Below, one piece after another: positions 40,285 through 50,296 of a stretch of 64,000 nt of DNA; position 1 is the stretch's first letter, and every line of letters begins with the position of its first letter. Both the position numbers and the translations under genes were made by a program. The notes under the pieces are model-generated. The model searched no databases and had not been told where the DNA came from. It saw only the letters and a list, made by a program, of their open reading frames with translations. The DNA comes from an uncultured cyanobacterium (GTDB taxonomy: Bacteria > Cyanobacteriota > Cyanobacteriia > CAKZMO01). The stretch covers positions 160,001 to 224,000 of the forward strand of contig CAVRCJ010000006.1 in assembly GCA_963719515.1 (NCBI GenBank), written 5' to 3'.

Positions 40285-43119
40285 ATGACTGCCTTTCCTG
40301 TGCCCAATCCCAACCAGTCCGAGCCCTCTCTGCAGACGCCATCCCTTGATTCGGCGTCAACCGGCGCAGTGATAGCCTCTAGCGCAGACGACGTCGCTGC
40401 CGACGTTGACCGGACTGAGCCTGGCCCTGGCGCTTCTGGGGTCGCCGTGCCTGCAGGTACGGCCTCTGAGTCTCCGCCTAGTACGCCGGTCTCCGGGACC
40501 ACAATCAGCGTTCTCGCACAGCCCGTAGGGGCAGAGTCGCTTACATTTCCCCATACGAGCCAGTCATCCACACCCGCGACCGCGACCTCCCAGCTGCTCG
40601 ACTCCCCCAGCCGCTCGCTGACCATCGCCCGGGGCAGCTTTGAGGCATTTCTAGAGCCGCTCACCACCACCACCTTCAAACAGGTTGTTGAAGACGTCGA
40701 GAAGAAGCTGCTGGTTGTCAACCAAACGCTGACAATGCTCGACTCCCTGCTGGATAGCCAGGATTTCGAAGCTATTCTCAACGAAATGCTGCGCTCTATC
40801 ACGCTGAAGACGGGAGAACTGCTGAATGCCGATCGCACGACAATCTATCTCTTGGACGAAGAGAAAAACGAACTGTGGTCACTGATTGCCAAGGACGATA
40901 ACGGCGGCAATTTAGAGCTGCGGTTTCCGGCGACTCAGGGAATTGCGGGGGAGGTGGCCACCGATAAGCGGGCCATCAACATTGCCTTCGACTTTTACGA
41001 TGATCCCCGCGCGGGATTTGCCAAGCAAACCGACCAGGCCACCGGATATCGGACCTACACCATGCTGGTGATGCCGCTGCTTAATGAGCAGGGCAACCTA
41101 GTGGCGGTAGTGCAGCTGATCAACAAGCTCAAGCAGGACTACGACGCTCACACCTCCCTTGAAGCGCGGGTCAACCCAGAGGGATTCTCCGAGGAGGATA
41201 AAGACCTATTCAACGAATTCTCCCCCTCAATTCGCCTGATTTTAGAGTCGTCGCGCTCTTTCTATAAGGCCGCTCAAAAGCAGCGGGCGGCGTCGGCGCT
41301 GATGAAGGCCACCCAGGCGCTGAGTCAGAGCAGTCTGGACCTGGGCGAAACGCTAGAGCGGGTGATGAACGAGGCCAAAGAGCTAATGCAGGCCGACCGC
41401 AGCACCCTGTGGCTGCTGGACGAAGCGCGCCAGGAGCTGTGGACCCGGATCCCCATCCAGGGCGAGCTACAGGAGTACCGCATTCCCAAAGATGCTGGAT
41501 TTGCGGGCCAGGTGGCAGCGACCGGCGAGCCCGTCATCATCCCTTTTGATCTCTACAGCCATCCCAACGCCGAGAAATCAAAAGAGACCGACCGCCACAG
41601 CGGCTACCGCACCTGCAGCATTCTCTGTATGCCGGTGTTCAACACTGACGGCCTGCTGATTGGCGTGACGCAGCTGATCAACAAGGTGCGTCAGGGGGAT
41701 TATCCTGCCTACAATCCAGCCTACTGGCCTGAAGCCCCCGAACGCTGGAAGGCAAGCTTCAACCGCACGGATCTAGAGTTCATGCAGGCGTTTAACACGC
41801 AGGCGGGCGTCGCCCTGCAGAACGCTAAGCTCTTTGACACGGTGAAGCAGCAGGAGCTGATGCAGCGCGACATTTTGCGATCGCTCTCCAACGGCGTGCT
41901 GTCCACCGATCACGAGGGGCGCATTATTGCCGCCAACGAAAGCGCCCGGGCGCTGCTGCACCTGCCCGACGATGTTGCCCTCGAAGGCCGCCAAATCGAC
42001 ACGCTGATTTCTATTGAGGAGCTGGACTTTTCAGACTGCTTTCGGCGGGCCCTGTCTCCAAAAGACGACGTCGACCGCAGGCAGTACTACCCCGAGCAAA
42101 CCCTGGACGCTAAGCGCGGTGAAGACCACCCCGTTGCCCAGCACAGCGTCCATCTCTCAATCAACTCCATTGCCGATGCTAAAGACGCCACCGACGTCTA
42201 CGGGGCGCTGGTGGTAATGGACGACATCAGCGACGAAAAGCGGCTGAAGAGCACCATGTACCGCTACATGAGCCAAGAGGTGGCGGAGCAGCTGCTCAAC
42301 TCGGGAGAGCTGCGGCTGGGGGGCGATCGCAAAGAGGTATCGGTGCTGTTCTCGGACATCCGCGGCTTTACCACCATTGCCGAAAGCATGGACGCTGAAG
42401 AGCTGGTGATCATGCTCAACGACTACTTCGAGACCATGGTGGACGCCGTCATGGCCTACAAAGGCACCCTAGACAAGTACATCGGCGACGCGATTATGGC
42501 CGTGTTCGGCTCGCCGCTGGCCCTAGAAGACCACGCCTGGCGAGCGCTGCAAACCAGCGTTGAAATGCGTCACCGCCTAGAGGCCTTTAACCAGATTCGG
42601 GGGGGGCGTCAGCAGCAGCCCATCAAAATTGGCATCGGCATCAACTCCGGCAGCGTCATCAGCGGCAACATCGGCTCTAGCAAGCGGATGGAGTTTACGG
42701 CCATTGGTGACGGGGTTAACTTAGGGGCGAGGCTGGAAGGGGCGACGAAGCAGTACGGCTGCGACATCGTGATTAGCGAAAACACCTACCGCCCCTGCGC
42801 CGATCAGGTGTGGGCCCTAGAGCTAGACCGAATTCGGGTCAAAGGCAAAAACGACCCCGTGGCTATCTATCATCTGGTAGCCCTGCGCTCCGAGACGCTT
42901 TCGGGCAAAGAGCAACAGCGTATCGATCTCTACACGACTGGGCGAGAGCACTACCTCAACCGGCAGTTTGCCAAAGCGATGGGTAAGTTTGCCCTGGTTT
43001 TAGAAGAGGTAGACTGTAACGACAAAGCCGCAGCCGAACAGCTCAGGCGCTGTCAGTACTGGCTTGAGCACCCGCCTTCCGACGATTGGGACGGGGTTTG
43101 GTCCCTCACCCAGAAGTAG
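40285..43119 (+). CDS. class III adenylate cyclase, GAF-GAF-PAS-CHD-TPR (CyaB-type)
   Basis: two GAFs (QLINK), PAS, LFSDIRGFT, LDKYIGDAIMA, EFTAIGDGVNLGARLE and WDGVW end; start uncertain. Confidence 0.92.
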   Translation: MTAFPVPNPNQSEPSLQTPSLDSASTGAVIASSADDVAADVDRTEPGPGASGVAVPAGTASESPPSTPVSGTTISVLAQPVGAESLTFPHTSQSSTPATATSQLLDSPSRSLTIARGSFEAFLEPLTTTTFKQVVEDVEKKLLVVNQTLTMLDSLLDSQDFEAILNEMLRSITLKTGELLNADRTTIYLLDEEKNELWSLIAKDDNGGNLELRFPATQGIAGEVATDKRAINIAFDFYDDPRAGFAKQTDQATGYRTYTMLVMPLLNEQGNLVAVVQLINKLKQDYDAHTSLEARVNPEGFSEEDKDLFNEFSPSIRLILESSRSFYKAAQKQRAASALMKATQALSQSSLDLGETLERVMNEAKELMQADRSTLWLLDEARQELWTRIPIQGELQEYRIPKDAGFAGQVAATGEPVIIPFDLYSHPNAEKSKETDRHSGYRTCSILCMPVFNTDGLLIGVTQLINKVRQGDYPAYNPAYWPEAPERWKASFNRTDLEFMQAFNTQAGVALQNAKLFDTVKQQELMQRDILRSLSNGVLSTDHEGRIIAANESARALLHLPDDVALEGRQIDTLISIEELDFSDCFRRALSPKDDVDRRQYYPEQTLDAKRGEDHPVAQHSVHLSINSIADAKDATDVYGALVVMDDISDEKRLKSTMYRYMSQEVAEQLLNSGELRLGGDRKEVSVLFSDIRGFTTIAESMDAEELVIMLNDYFETMVDAVMAYKGTLDKYIGDAIMAVFGSPLALEDHAWRALQTSVEMRHRLEAFNQIRGGRQQQPIKIGIGINSGSVISGNIGSSKRMEFTAIGDGVNLGARLEGATKQYGCDIVISENTYRPCADQVWALELDRIRVKGKNDPVAIYHLVALRSETLSGKEQQRIDLYTTGREHYLNRQFAKAMGKFALVLEEVDCNDKAAAEQLRRCQYWLEHPPSDDWDGVWSLTQK

Positions 43120-43152
43120 CGCCGTCAGTATTGCCGCTCCGCCATAGAATAA

Positions 43153-43186
43153 GCCCTAGCTCTTGCGAGCTAGGGCTGAGTTTTCT
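43153..43186 (+). terminator. hairpin terminator after the cyclase gene
   Basis: AGCCCTAGCTC-TTGC-GAGCTAGGGCT followed by GAGTTTT. Confidence 0.6.
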
Positions 43187-43306
43187 GTATAGTACGGGCC
43201 TCCCGGGAAGGGAGCGGGTTTATAGAGGGTGCATATAGAGTGAAAATCGGAACGCGGTGCGGTGACTATGGGTCTACTTTATCTCTCAGGAGATGAATCC
43301 TGGTTA

Positions 43307-43459
43307 AATGAACTTCTCAATCGCAGCAAGCTGCGGAGTATCACTTCGCTATGCCTCACACACTTCGTGGCTCGGCTTCGCTCAACAGCGCCCTATCGAG
43401 CGCTGTTCTCTAGACCGCAGCAAGCTGCGGGGTATGTGACCCAGAGAACTAGATCAAGT
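43307..43459 (+). mobile_element. short palindrome-ended non-autonomous element, copy B
   Basis: two CGCAGCAAGCTGCGG hairpins, ends ACTAGATCAAGT; homologous to 13984-14125. Confidence 0.6.
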
Positions 43460-43546
43460 GTAAAGACTCCATAAAAGGCAAGGCTCCGGCAAAATACCTA
43501 ACTTTCGAGCGATCGCGCCGGTTTCTAGGCAGATACGTCGAAATTG

Positions 43547-43786
43547 CTAGGCAGGGCTGCATTTACCGGCGCGGATTAGCCCCACTCGGCGGGCGATCGC
43601 ATCTGACTCAGAGTCAAAGGGTCCCCACTTGCCTACGGCGTCACCAGCTTCTACAGCGCCACTAGTCTCTACAACAGCGTCAGCCGGATTCCCGGACGCC
43701 TTGCTGGGCCGCTCCGAATCGGGAACAATATGGCACTGTCCCTCTTCCTGCTTAACGATGTACCACTTGGTTTGCTCAGAGGCCAT
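43547..43786 (-). CDS. small conserved cyanobacterial hypothetical protein
   Basis: WYIVKQ..G.C.I...WGPF.S..DAIARRVGLIRAGKC.P. Confidence 0.7.
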   Translation of the reverse strand: MASEQTKWYIVKQEEGQCHIVPDSERPSKASGNPADAVVETSGAVEAGDAVGKWGPFDSESDAIARRVGLIRAGKCSPA

Positions 43787-43830
43787 AGGGGTTAAATCAG
43801 GCTCAAAACCGGTCACAGAGAAAACAGTCT

Positions 43831-46560
43831 CTAGAGGCTGGCCTGTCTAGCGTATTCATCCGACAGCGAGTCGCTCGGCGCTGACGAGCCGTTTGAGGCG
43901 TCGTCTGATGCCAACAGCTCACCGGGAAGGGCGGCTGCGTCATCGCCTGAGGCCGGCTGACGGGCCTGGATCATCTCAATGACGCAGTCCACCTTTTCAG
44001 GCAAGATCACTACGAGGCTGCCGTCCGACGACGAGTCAAGGGCCGCTTCGATGGCCTCAGATTCTTTCAAGATGACCTCGTAGTTGACCTGAGCCTCTTC
44101 ACTGGAAAGGCCTTCGACAATCAGCTCAGCCGCATTTCCGCGAGGGCGACCTCGGGTGTCCTCGTCCTCTTTGACCCAAATACGGTCAAAGATTTTGGCC
44201 GACAGACTCCCTAAAGTGACAAAGTCCTCGTCGCGGCGATCGCCCGGTCCACCGACAACGCCGACGCAGTCTCCAGGCCAGTTGGCCACGAAGCTACCCA
44301 GCGCCTCGTAGCTAGCAGGGTTGTGGGCGTAGTCAATCAGGACGTGGTAGCGTCCTAGGTCAAACAGGTTCATGCGCCCCGGCGTCTGGTCCGTGGAGGC
44401 CACGAAGGTCTCGAGAGCAGCGCGAATATGATCGATGGTCACGCCCTGGGCAAAAGCGATGAGGCTAGCGGCTAGGGCGTTGGCAATCATGAAGGGGGCT
44501 CGCCCGGCCAGGGTGATCGGCACGTTCTTGGCCTTGTCGATGCGGAGAATCCAGTCCCCTTTAAGGATGGTGAGATAGCCGTTCTCGTAGACGGCGGCGA
44601 GGCCACCCTGCTGGGTATGCGATCGCACCAGCTCGCTGTCGGCCTGCATGGAGAAGTAGGCCACCTGCGCCTTGACTCGCTTCGCCATTGCCGCCACCCG
44701 CTCGTCATCCGCGTTGAGAATGGCGTAGCCGCTGGGGCGGGCCGTCTCTGGAACCACGCTCTTCAGGTGGGCAATGTCGTCAACGGTTTCGATGTCACCG
44801 ATGCCGAGGTGGTCCGCCGCGACGTTGAGCACCGCGCCGATGTCGCACTGCTGGAACCCCAACCCCGAGCGCAAGATTCCGCCTCGGGCCGTTTCTAGGA
44901 CCGCCACCTCTACCGTAGGGTCTTGCAAAATCACTTGGGCGCTTTGAGGGCCGGTGGTATCGCCTTTTTCGAGCAGGCAGTCGTTGACGTAGATACCGTC
45001 GGTGGTGGTGTAGCCAACGATTTTTTGGGTCTGCTTAAAGATGTGGGCCGTCAGGCGAGTTGTCGTGGTTTTACCGTTGGTGCCGGTGATGGAAATGACG
45101 GGGATGCGCCTGGGATTTCCGGGGGGAAACAGCATCTTAACGATGGGTTCCGCTACGTTGCGGGGAATGCCCTCGCTGGGAGCCAAGTGCATCCGCAGAC
45201 CGGGGGCCGCATTCACCTCAACAATAACGCCGTCTACCTCTCGCAGCGGCTTAGAGATATCTTCAGTAACGATGTCGATGCCCGCCACATCTAGCCCAAT
45301 AATGCGGGATACCCGTTCAGCCAGCCAAATATTCTCTGGATGAATCTGGGCCGTCCGATCGATTGCGATCCCGCCGGTGCTGAGGTTGGCCGTTGCCCGC
45401 AGATAGCACACCTCACCGTCATCCAGCACCGTTTCAAGGCCTACGCCCTGGCGATCCAGCAGCTCCCAAGTCGTCCGGTCCACCGTAATTCGAGTCAGCA
45501 CATTGTCGTGGCCTTCTCCCCGACGGGGGTCGCGGTTGGTCTCATTGATCAATTCATCGACGGTCAACCGTCCGTCTCCTACCACATGGGCCGGAATCCG
45601 CTCGGCTACAGCCACCACCTGATGGTTGACCACCAAGACGCGGTGGTCTCGCCCGCGGTAAAACCGCTCTATGATGACGCCGTCTGACACAGCGAGAGCA
45701 GCTTCGAAAGCCGTCTCGGCCAGCTCTCGCGTATTGATGTCAATCGTGATGCCTCGCCCATGGTTGCCGTCCAAGGGCTTGATGACAATGGGATAGCCGC
45801 CGACGTCATCGATTGCCCGCTCTAGCTCGTCTGAGTAATAAATTACGGCTCCGCGAGGCACAGGGACTCCGGACTGCCCCAGCAGACGCTTTGTACTTTC
45901 CTTATCGCTGGCCAGCTCTACGGCCAAGATATTGCTGTTTGCGGTCAGGCTTGCCTGAATTCGCTTTTGGTAGCGGCCGCAGCCCAGCTGAATCATGGCC
46001 CGGGCGTCTAGCTCCATCCAGGGAATGTCTAGCGCTTCAGCTTCCTTGATGATGGCTTCGGTGCTTGGTCCTAGGGCGCACTGCTCTTGAAGCTCGCGGA
46101 GATCCCGCAGGTCTTTCTCCAGCTCCTCTACGGGGTAAGTGCCTGTGTCAACTAGGCTCTGGCACAGGCGAAAGGCGGCGCGCCCCGCGTAGCGTCCCGC
46201 TTGCTCATACTGATACTGAAACACCACCTGGTACGTTCCCTCTGTGGCCGTTTCTCGGGTGCGGCCAAACCCAACGGTCATCCCCGCTAGCGTTTGTAGC
46301 TCCAGCGCAACGTGCTCTAAGATGTGGCCCATCATGGTGCCGTCTGCAACACGCTTCAGAAACCCGCCGCGAGTTCCCGGAGAGCAAAAATGCTCGACCA
46401 AGCTTGGCAGCACCTCAACAAGGCCATTGTAAAATCCTGGGATTTGGTCAGAGGGACGCTCGGCAAGGTCCTCTAGATCAAGACGCAGCAGGATGAGCTT
46501 GTGGTAGCGAACACTCCAATAGTTAGGACCTCGAAGCGTTTGGGTTTTCAAAATCCTCAT
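43831..46560 (-). CDS. cphA: cyanophycin synthetase
   Basis: LRGPNYWS, EHFCS, KPLDGNHGRG, EVNAAPG, ITGTNGKTT and DYAHN. Confidence 0.98.
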   Translation of the reverse strand: MRILKTQTLRGPNYWSVRYHKLILLRLDLEDLAERPSDQIPGFYNGLVEVLPSLVEHFCSPGTRGGFLKRVADGTMMGHILEHVALELQTLAGMTVGFGRTRETATEGTYQVVFQYQYEQAGRYAGRAAFRLCQSLVDTGTYPVEELEKDLRDLRELQEQCALGPSTEAIIKEAEALDIPWMELDARAMIQLGCGRYQKRIQASLTANSNILAVELASDKESTKRLLGQSGVPVPRGAVIYYSDELERAIDDVGGYPIVIKPLDGNHGRGITIDINTRELAETAFEAALAVSDGVIIERFYRGRDHRVLVVNHQVVAVAERIPAHVVGDGRLTVDELINETNRDPRRGEGHDNVLTRITVDRTTWELLDRQGVGLETVLDDGEVCYLRATANLSTGGIAIDRTAQIHPENIWLAERVSRIIGLDVAGIDIVTEDISKPLREVDGVIVEVNAAPGLRMHLAPSEGIPRNVAEPIVKMLFPPGNPRRIPVISITGTNGKTTTTRLTAHIFKQTQKIVGYTTTDGIYVNDCLLEKGDTTGPQSAQVILQDPTVEVAVLETARGGILRSGLGFQQCDIGAVLNVAADHLGIGDIETVDDIAHLKSVVPETARPSGYAILNADDERVAAMAKRVKAQVAYFSMQADSELVRSHTQQGGLAAVYENGYLTILKGDWILRIDKAKNVPITLAGRAPFMIANALAASLIAFAQGVTIDHIRAALETFVASTDQTPGRMNLFDLGRYHVLIDYAHNPASYEALGSFVANWPGDCVGVVGGPGDRRDEDFVTLGSLSAKIFDRIWVKEDEDTRGRPRGNAAELIVEGLSSEEAQVNYEVILKESEAIEAALDSSSDGSLVVILPEKVDCVIEMIQARQPASGDDAAALPGELLASDDASNGSSAPSDSLSDEYARQASL

Positions 46561-46869
46561 GGTATACCAGGCAACTTTGCGTTTAAAGCGGGTTTGATTA
46601 GCTTTTAAGTCTCAACGAGACGCAGACCAGCAAACTGTTCACAGCGAGCGATTTGTGAGGTCTTCGCCCATACGATTCCCAAAATAGTCGAGAGGCCAAG
46701 CCAAAAGCATAAATACAGATGTAGGCCTTTGATGGCTAGAGTACGACATTCTATAAAGATCTTGAGGAAAAGTATACTTGATAGCCGTATCTCTTCCGGA
46801 TGATGAGTTCCGTAAATTAGGCCCGAGGTATAGACCCGATTCATGCATTTCGACCTAGAGGGCGAGTCG

Positions 46870-47715
46870 CTATGTGGGGGGCAAGACCTGACGCTTCAGG
46901 TAGTCGTAGCGATCGCCGTGGCTGAGCACATGCACCCGTAAGTTGTGGATGCTGAGGGGGTCGCTGGTGCCCACGTCGGGGTAGTTGGTGTGGGTGAGCT
47001 GAGAGGGATCGACGACGGTGACGTTACCTTTGCCGACGACCTGAAACACCTGCTCACTGAACAAGGTGCAGGTATCTTCATCAATGCCAATGCCCAAGCG
47101 GTCAGGGTAGGCGGCGATCGCCGACATCAGCCGCGCCATCCGGTTCCGATTGTGAAAATGCTGATCGACGATAACTTGAGGAATAATGTTGAGTCCGTCC
47201 GTCATGTCTACCAGCGAGCGATTGGGGGACTCACCGCTGCCGCCGCCCGCAATCATATGCTCGCCCATGATTGCCGCACCCGCGCTCGTGCCCGCTAGAG
47301 CGATTTCCCCCAGCTGAGCCCGCACTCTCACAGTATCCATCAGCGGCGTGTCGGCCATCAGACCGCACAGCCTCAGCTGATCGCCACCGGTGATAAATAC
47401 CCCTGTGCAGTTCGCCAAAAATTCATGCCACTGCGGATTTTCGCTCTCTCGGCGCTCGCGCACGTCGAAAATTTCGATGGCTTCTGCTTCCATCTCCTCA
47501 AAAATTTTCTGATAGCGCTCGCCGATTGCCGCTGGCTCTCGCGAGGCACAGGGAATGATGGCGATCCTAGCGTCCTTCCCCCCAGCCCGCTCAAAGAAAG
47601 TGCTGAGAATTTGTCGTCCGTGAACCTTGTCTTCTGCGCCACCAATAATGATGACAGTGTGCTGTTTAATCTGAGGCATCCTCGGCTGAACAGATTGGTG
47701 ATCGAGCTGAACCAT
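46870..47715 (-). CDS. cphB: cyanophycinase
   Basis: IIGGAEDK, TGGDQ, GTSAGA, DQHFHNRNR and GIDEDT. Confidence 0.97.
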   Translation of the reverse strand: MVQLDHQSVQPRMPQIKQHTVIIIGGAEDKVHGRQILSTFFERAGGKDARIAIIPCASREPAAIGERYQKIFEEMEAEAIEIFDVRERRESENPQWHEFLANCTGVFITGGDQLRLCGLMADTPLMDTVRVRAQLGEIALAGTSAGAAIMGEHMIAGGGSGESPNRSLVDMTDGLNIIPQVIVDQHFHNRNRMARLMSAIAAYPDRLGIGIDEDTCTLFSEQVFQVVGKGNVTVVDPSQLTHTNYPDVGTSDPLSIHNLRVHVLSHGDRYDYLKRQVLPPT

Positions 47716-47959
47716 AGCATGAGACTGGGGTGAGATTGGCGGTGACTGCAGCGGTTTAGCAGACAAGCGCTCCCTAATCTTTCGGCCTAGTAGTCTAAGA
47801 TAGTAGGCCACAGCGATTAGTTAACCTTGAGTCGACGTGACGCTGCTACATTAGCACTTATCCCACCAGCATCTGCCACTTGCATCTATGACGCCACTAT
47901 TTATCGTGCCAGCATTGTGCAGCGCGCGGCTAGGGGATAGGCCTGTCAGTTAAGCCATC

Positions 47960-47973
47960 GTACCAAAAGATAC
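47960..47973. promoter_or_regulatory. candidate NtcA box upstream of cphBA
   Basis: GTA-CCAAAAGA-TAC, perfect GTA-N8-TAC. Confidence 0.5.
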
Positions 47974-48043
47974 CCCATCAGATGCCTAATGGGAGCGCTA
48001 ATCGCGCCGTGGTTGATAGTCCCCACATTTCAAACTTGGATTA

Positions 48044-48763
48044 GTGACCGTGCGATTTGACCTCATCACCCTATTTCCAGACTTCTTCGTCTCTCCTCTG
48101 CAGTCTGGCCTGGTGGGCCGTGCCCTAGCGCGAGAAATTGCGACAGTCCACATCACTAACCCCCGAGATTTCACCACCGACAAGCACCACCGCGTCGATG
48201 ATGAACCCTACGGCGGCGGGGTGGGGATGTTGATGAAGCCGGACCCCCTGTTTGCGGCGGTGGAGTCGCTGCCGGCGCTGCCCAAGCGGGAGGTGATTTT
48301 GCTGACGCCCCAGGGGGAGCCGATGCACCAGGCGATGTTCCAGGAGCTGGCCACCTATGACCAGCTGCTGCTGGTGTGCGGCCATTATGAGGGGGTAGAC
48401 GAACGGGTGCGCGACCATCTCGTGACCCGCGAGGTGTCTTTGGGAGACTTTGTGCTCACCTGCGGCGAAATTCCGGCGCTAGCGCTGCTCAACGGCGTCT
48501 TGAGGCTGCGGCCCGGCACGGTGGGCAAGCAGGACTCCCTGAAGTTCGAGAGCTTTGAGACGCCGCTGCTCGACTACCCCCAGTACACCCGCCCCGCGAG
48601 CTTTCGGGGCTGGGGGGTTCCCGAGGTGCTTACCTCTGGCAATCACCAGGCGATCGCTCGGTGGCGGCAGGAGCAGCAATTAGAGCGCACGCGGGAGCGG
48701 CGACCGGATTTGTATGAGCGGTGGCGGATTGAGGAGGCTGAGGGGACCGATCAGAAGGCATAA
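48044..48763 (+). CDS. trmD: tRNA (guanine37-N1)-methyltransferase
   Basis: VDDEPYGGGVGM, CGHYEGVDER, SLGDFVLTCGE and YPQYTRP. Confidence 0.98.
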   Translation: MTVRFDLITLFPDFFVSPLQSGLVGRALAREIATVHITNPRDFTTDKHHRVDDEPYGGGVGMLMKPDPLFAAVESLPALPKREVILLTPQGEPMHQAMFQELATYDQLLLVCGHYEGVDERVRDHLVTREVSLGDFVLTCGEIPALALLNGVLRLRPGTVGKQDSLKFESFETPLLDYPQYTRPASFRGWGVPEVLTSGNHQAIARWRQEQQLERTRERRPDLYERWRIEEAEGTDQKA

Positions 48764-48790
48764 TTTTTGTAGGGATGTGTTTGGCGTTTT

Positions 48791-49322
48791 GGAGGACCCC
48801 CTCTAGCTCCCCCTTGGTAAGGGGGAGAACCATGGCCCCGATAGGTGTTTAGCGTTTCGGAGGACCCCCTCTAGCTTTCCCTTGGTAAGGGGGAGAACCA
48901 TGACCCCGATAGGTGTTTAGCGTTTCGGAGGACCGGGGATGTTTGAAAAGTGGTAGCAGTTCTGCATTACCCCCTCTAGCTCCCCCTTGCTAAGGGGGAG
49001 AACCATGGCCCCGGTAGGTGTTTAGCGTTTCGGAGGACCGGGGATGTTTGAAAAGTGGTAGCAGTTCTGCATTGCCCCCTCTAGCTCCCCCTTGGTAAGG
49101 GGGAGAACCATGGCCCCGATAGGTGTTTAGCGTTTCGGAGGACCCCCTCTAGCTCCCCTACGCCCTGCGGGCAGGCTAACGCCAAAGCTCAAGGGGGAGA
49201 ACCACGATTCCCTGCCTTCGTAAGGGCTACGGTGTACATACAGGTCTGCCCTCCTCTGACTTTCTCACGCCCCTTGGCTTTCGCGCAGCGCGTCCTACGG
49301 ACGCAGGGGGATTAAGGGGGGT
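48791..49322. repeat. five tandem ~68-bp palindromic repeats with nested insertions
   Basis: GGAGGACC(...)CCCTCTAGCTCCCCCTTGGTAAGGGGGAGAACC units at 48791, 48859, 48927, 49032 and 49137. Confidence 0.85.
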
Positions 49323-49407
49323 AAAGCCAGGATGTATGGCGATCGCTCCACACTTGATGAAAAGGTACCAGCGCCCTGTCCCCAACCTGTCCCCTACTAA
49401 AGACCCC

Positions 49408-49899
49408 ATGACCTCCATGACCCTAAGAATCGGCAACGGCTACGACATTCACCGCCTCGTGCCCGATCGCCCCCTGATTTTGGGCGGCGTCGAAATTCCC
49501 CACACCCTGGGGCTAGACGGCCACAGCGACGCCGATGCCCTCACCCACGCCATCATGGACGCCATGCTGGGGGCGCTGAGCCTGGGAGATATCGGCCATT
49601 ACTTTCCCCCTAGCGACCCGAAGTGGGCGGGGGCCGACAGTATTGAGCTGCTGCGGCAGGTGAATCGGCTGATTGGCGATGCGGGCTGGCAGGTGGGCAA
49701 TATCGACAGCACCTTGGTGGCGGAGCAGCCGAAGCTGAAGCCTCACATCAAGGCGATGACGGAGCGGCTGGCGGAGGCGCTGGGGTGCGATCGCGCTCAG
49801 GTGAGCGTTAAAGCGACTACGAATGAGCGGCTGGGGCCGACGGGGCGTGAGGAGGGGATTGCGGCCTATGCGGTGGTGCTGCTGACTCAGAGTAAGTGA
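49408..49899 (+). CDS. ispF: 2-C-methyl-D-erythritol 2,4-cyclodiphosphate synthase
   Basis: [23 protein letters not shown] and VKATTNE.LG..GREEG. Confidence 0.98.
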   Translation: MTSMTLRIGNGYDIHRLVPDRPLILGGVEIPHTLGLDGHSDADALTHAIMDAMLGALSLGDIGHYFPPSDPKWAGADSIELLRQVNRLIGDAGWQVGNIDSTLVAEQPKLKPHIKAMTERLAEALGCDRAQVSVKATTNERLGPTGREEGIAAYAVVLLTQSK

Positions 49900-50099
49900 G
49901 AAGGCTGCACTTATGTGTAAGTTTTGGGTTTCCGGAACTGCGGCGGGCGATCGCGCTTTGGCGGACCGAAAATTTGAGCGTTGGTGGGGCTGTGCTGGAG
50001 GGATGGCTGAGGGGGAAGGCTTTGCGGTGTCTGAGCTTGAGCCGCCCAGGGAGAATCGTGAAGAATTTATTATGTTAGAGGAGTTTTCTTGTGGGCGTG

Positions 50100-50296
50100 T
50101 TAATGTAGGGGGGTCGGATGAACCTTGAAAACCGCATTATTACGTTTACCCGCCTAAAGTCCTTGTTAGATAAGGGTTTCAGCCGCTTTCTGAGGTTTCT
50201 ACTTGCTCGGAGAATGGCCTTATTGACAAGGCGATCGGACCCCCCTGAAAAGTGGGGTTTGGAGGGCGCTCTCTGTAAGGCTTCTAGGAGCCGAGG
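50100..50296 (+). promoter_or_regulatory. leader of CRISPR array 1
   Basis: GAACCTTGAAAAC at 50120; CCTTG-N5-TAAGG palindrome; adjoins the non-degenerate end of the array. Confidence 0.6.

Noticed and set aside
48791..49322. Third CRISPR array
   Set aside because: Inter-hairpin segments are themselves repeated, so there are no unique spacers.
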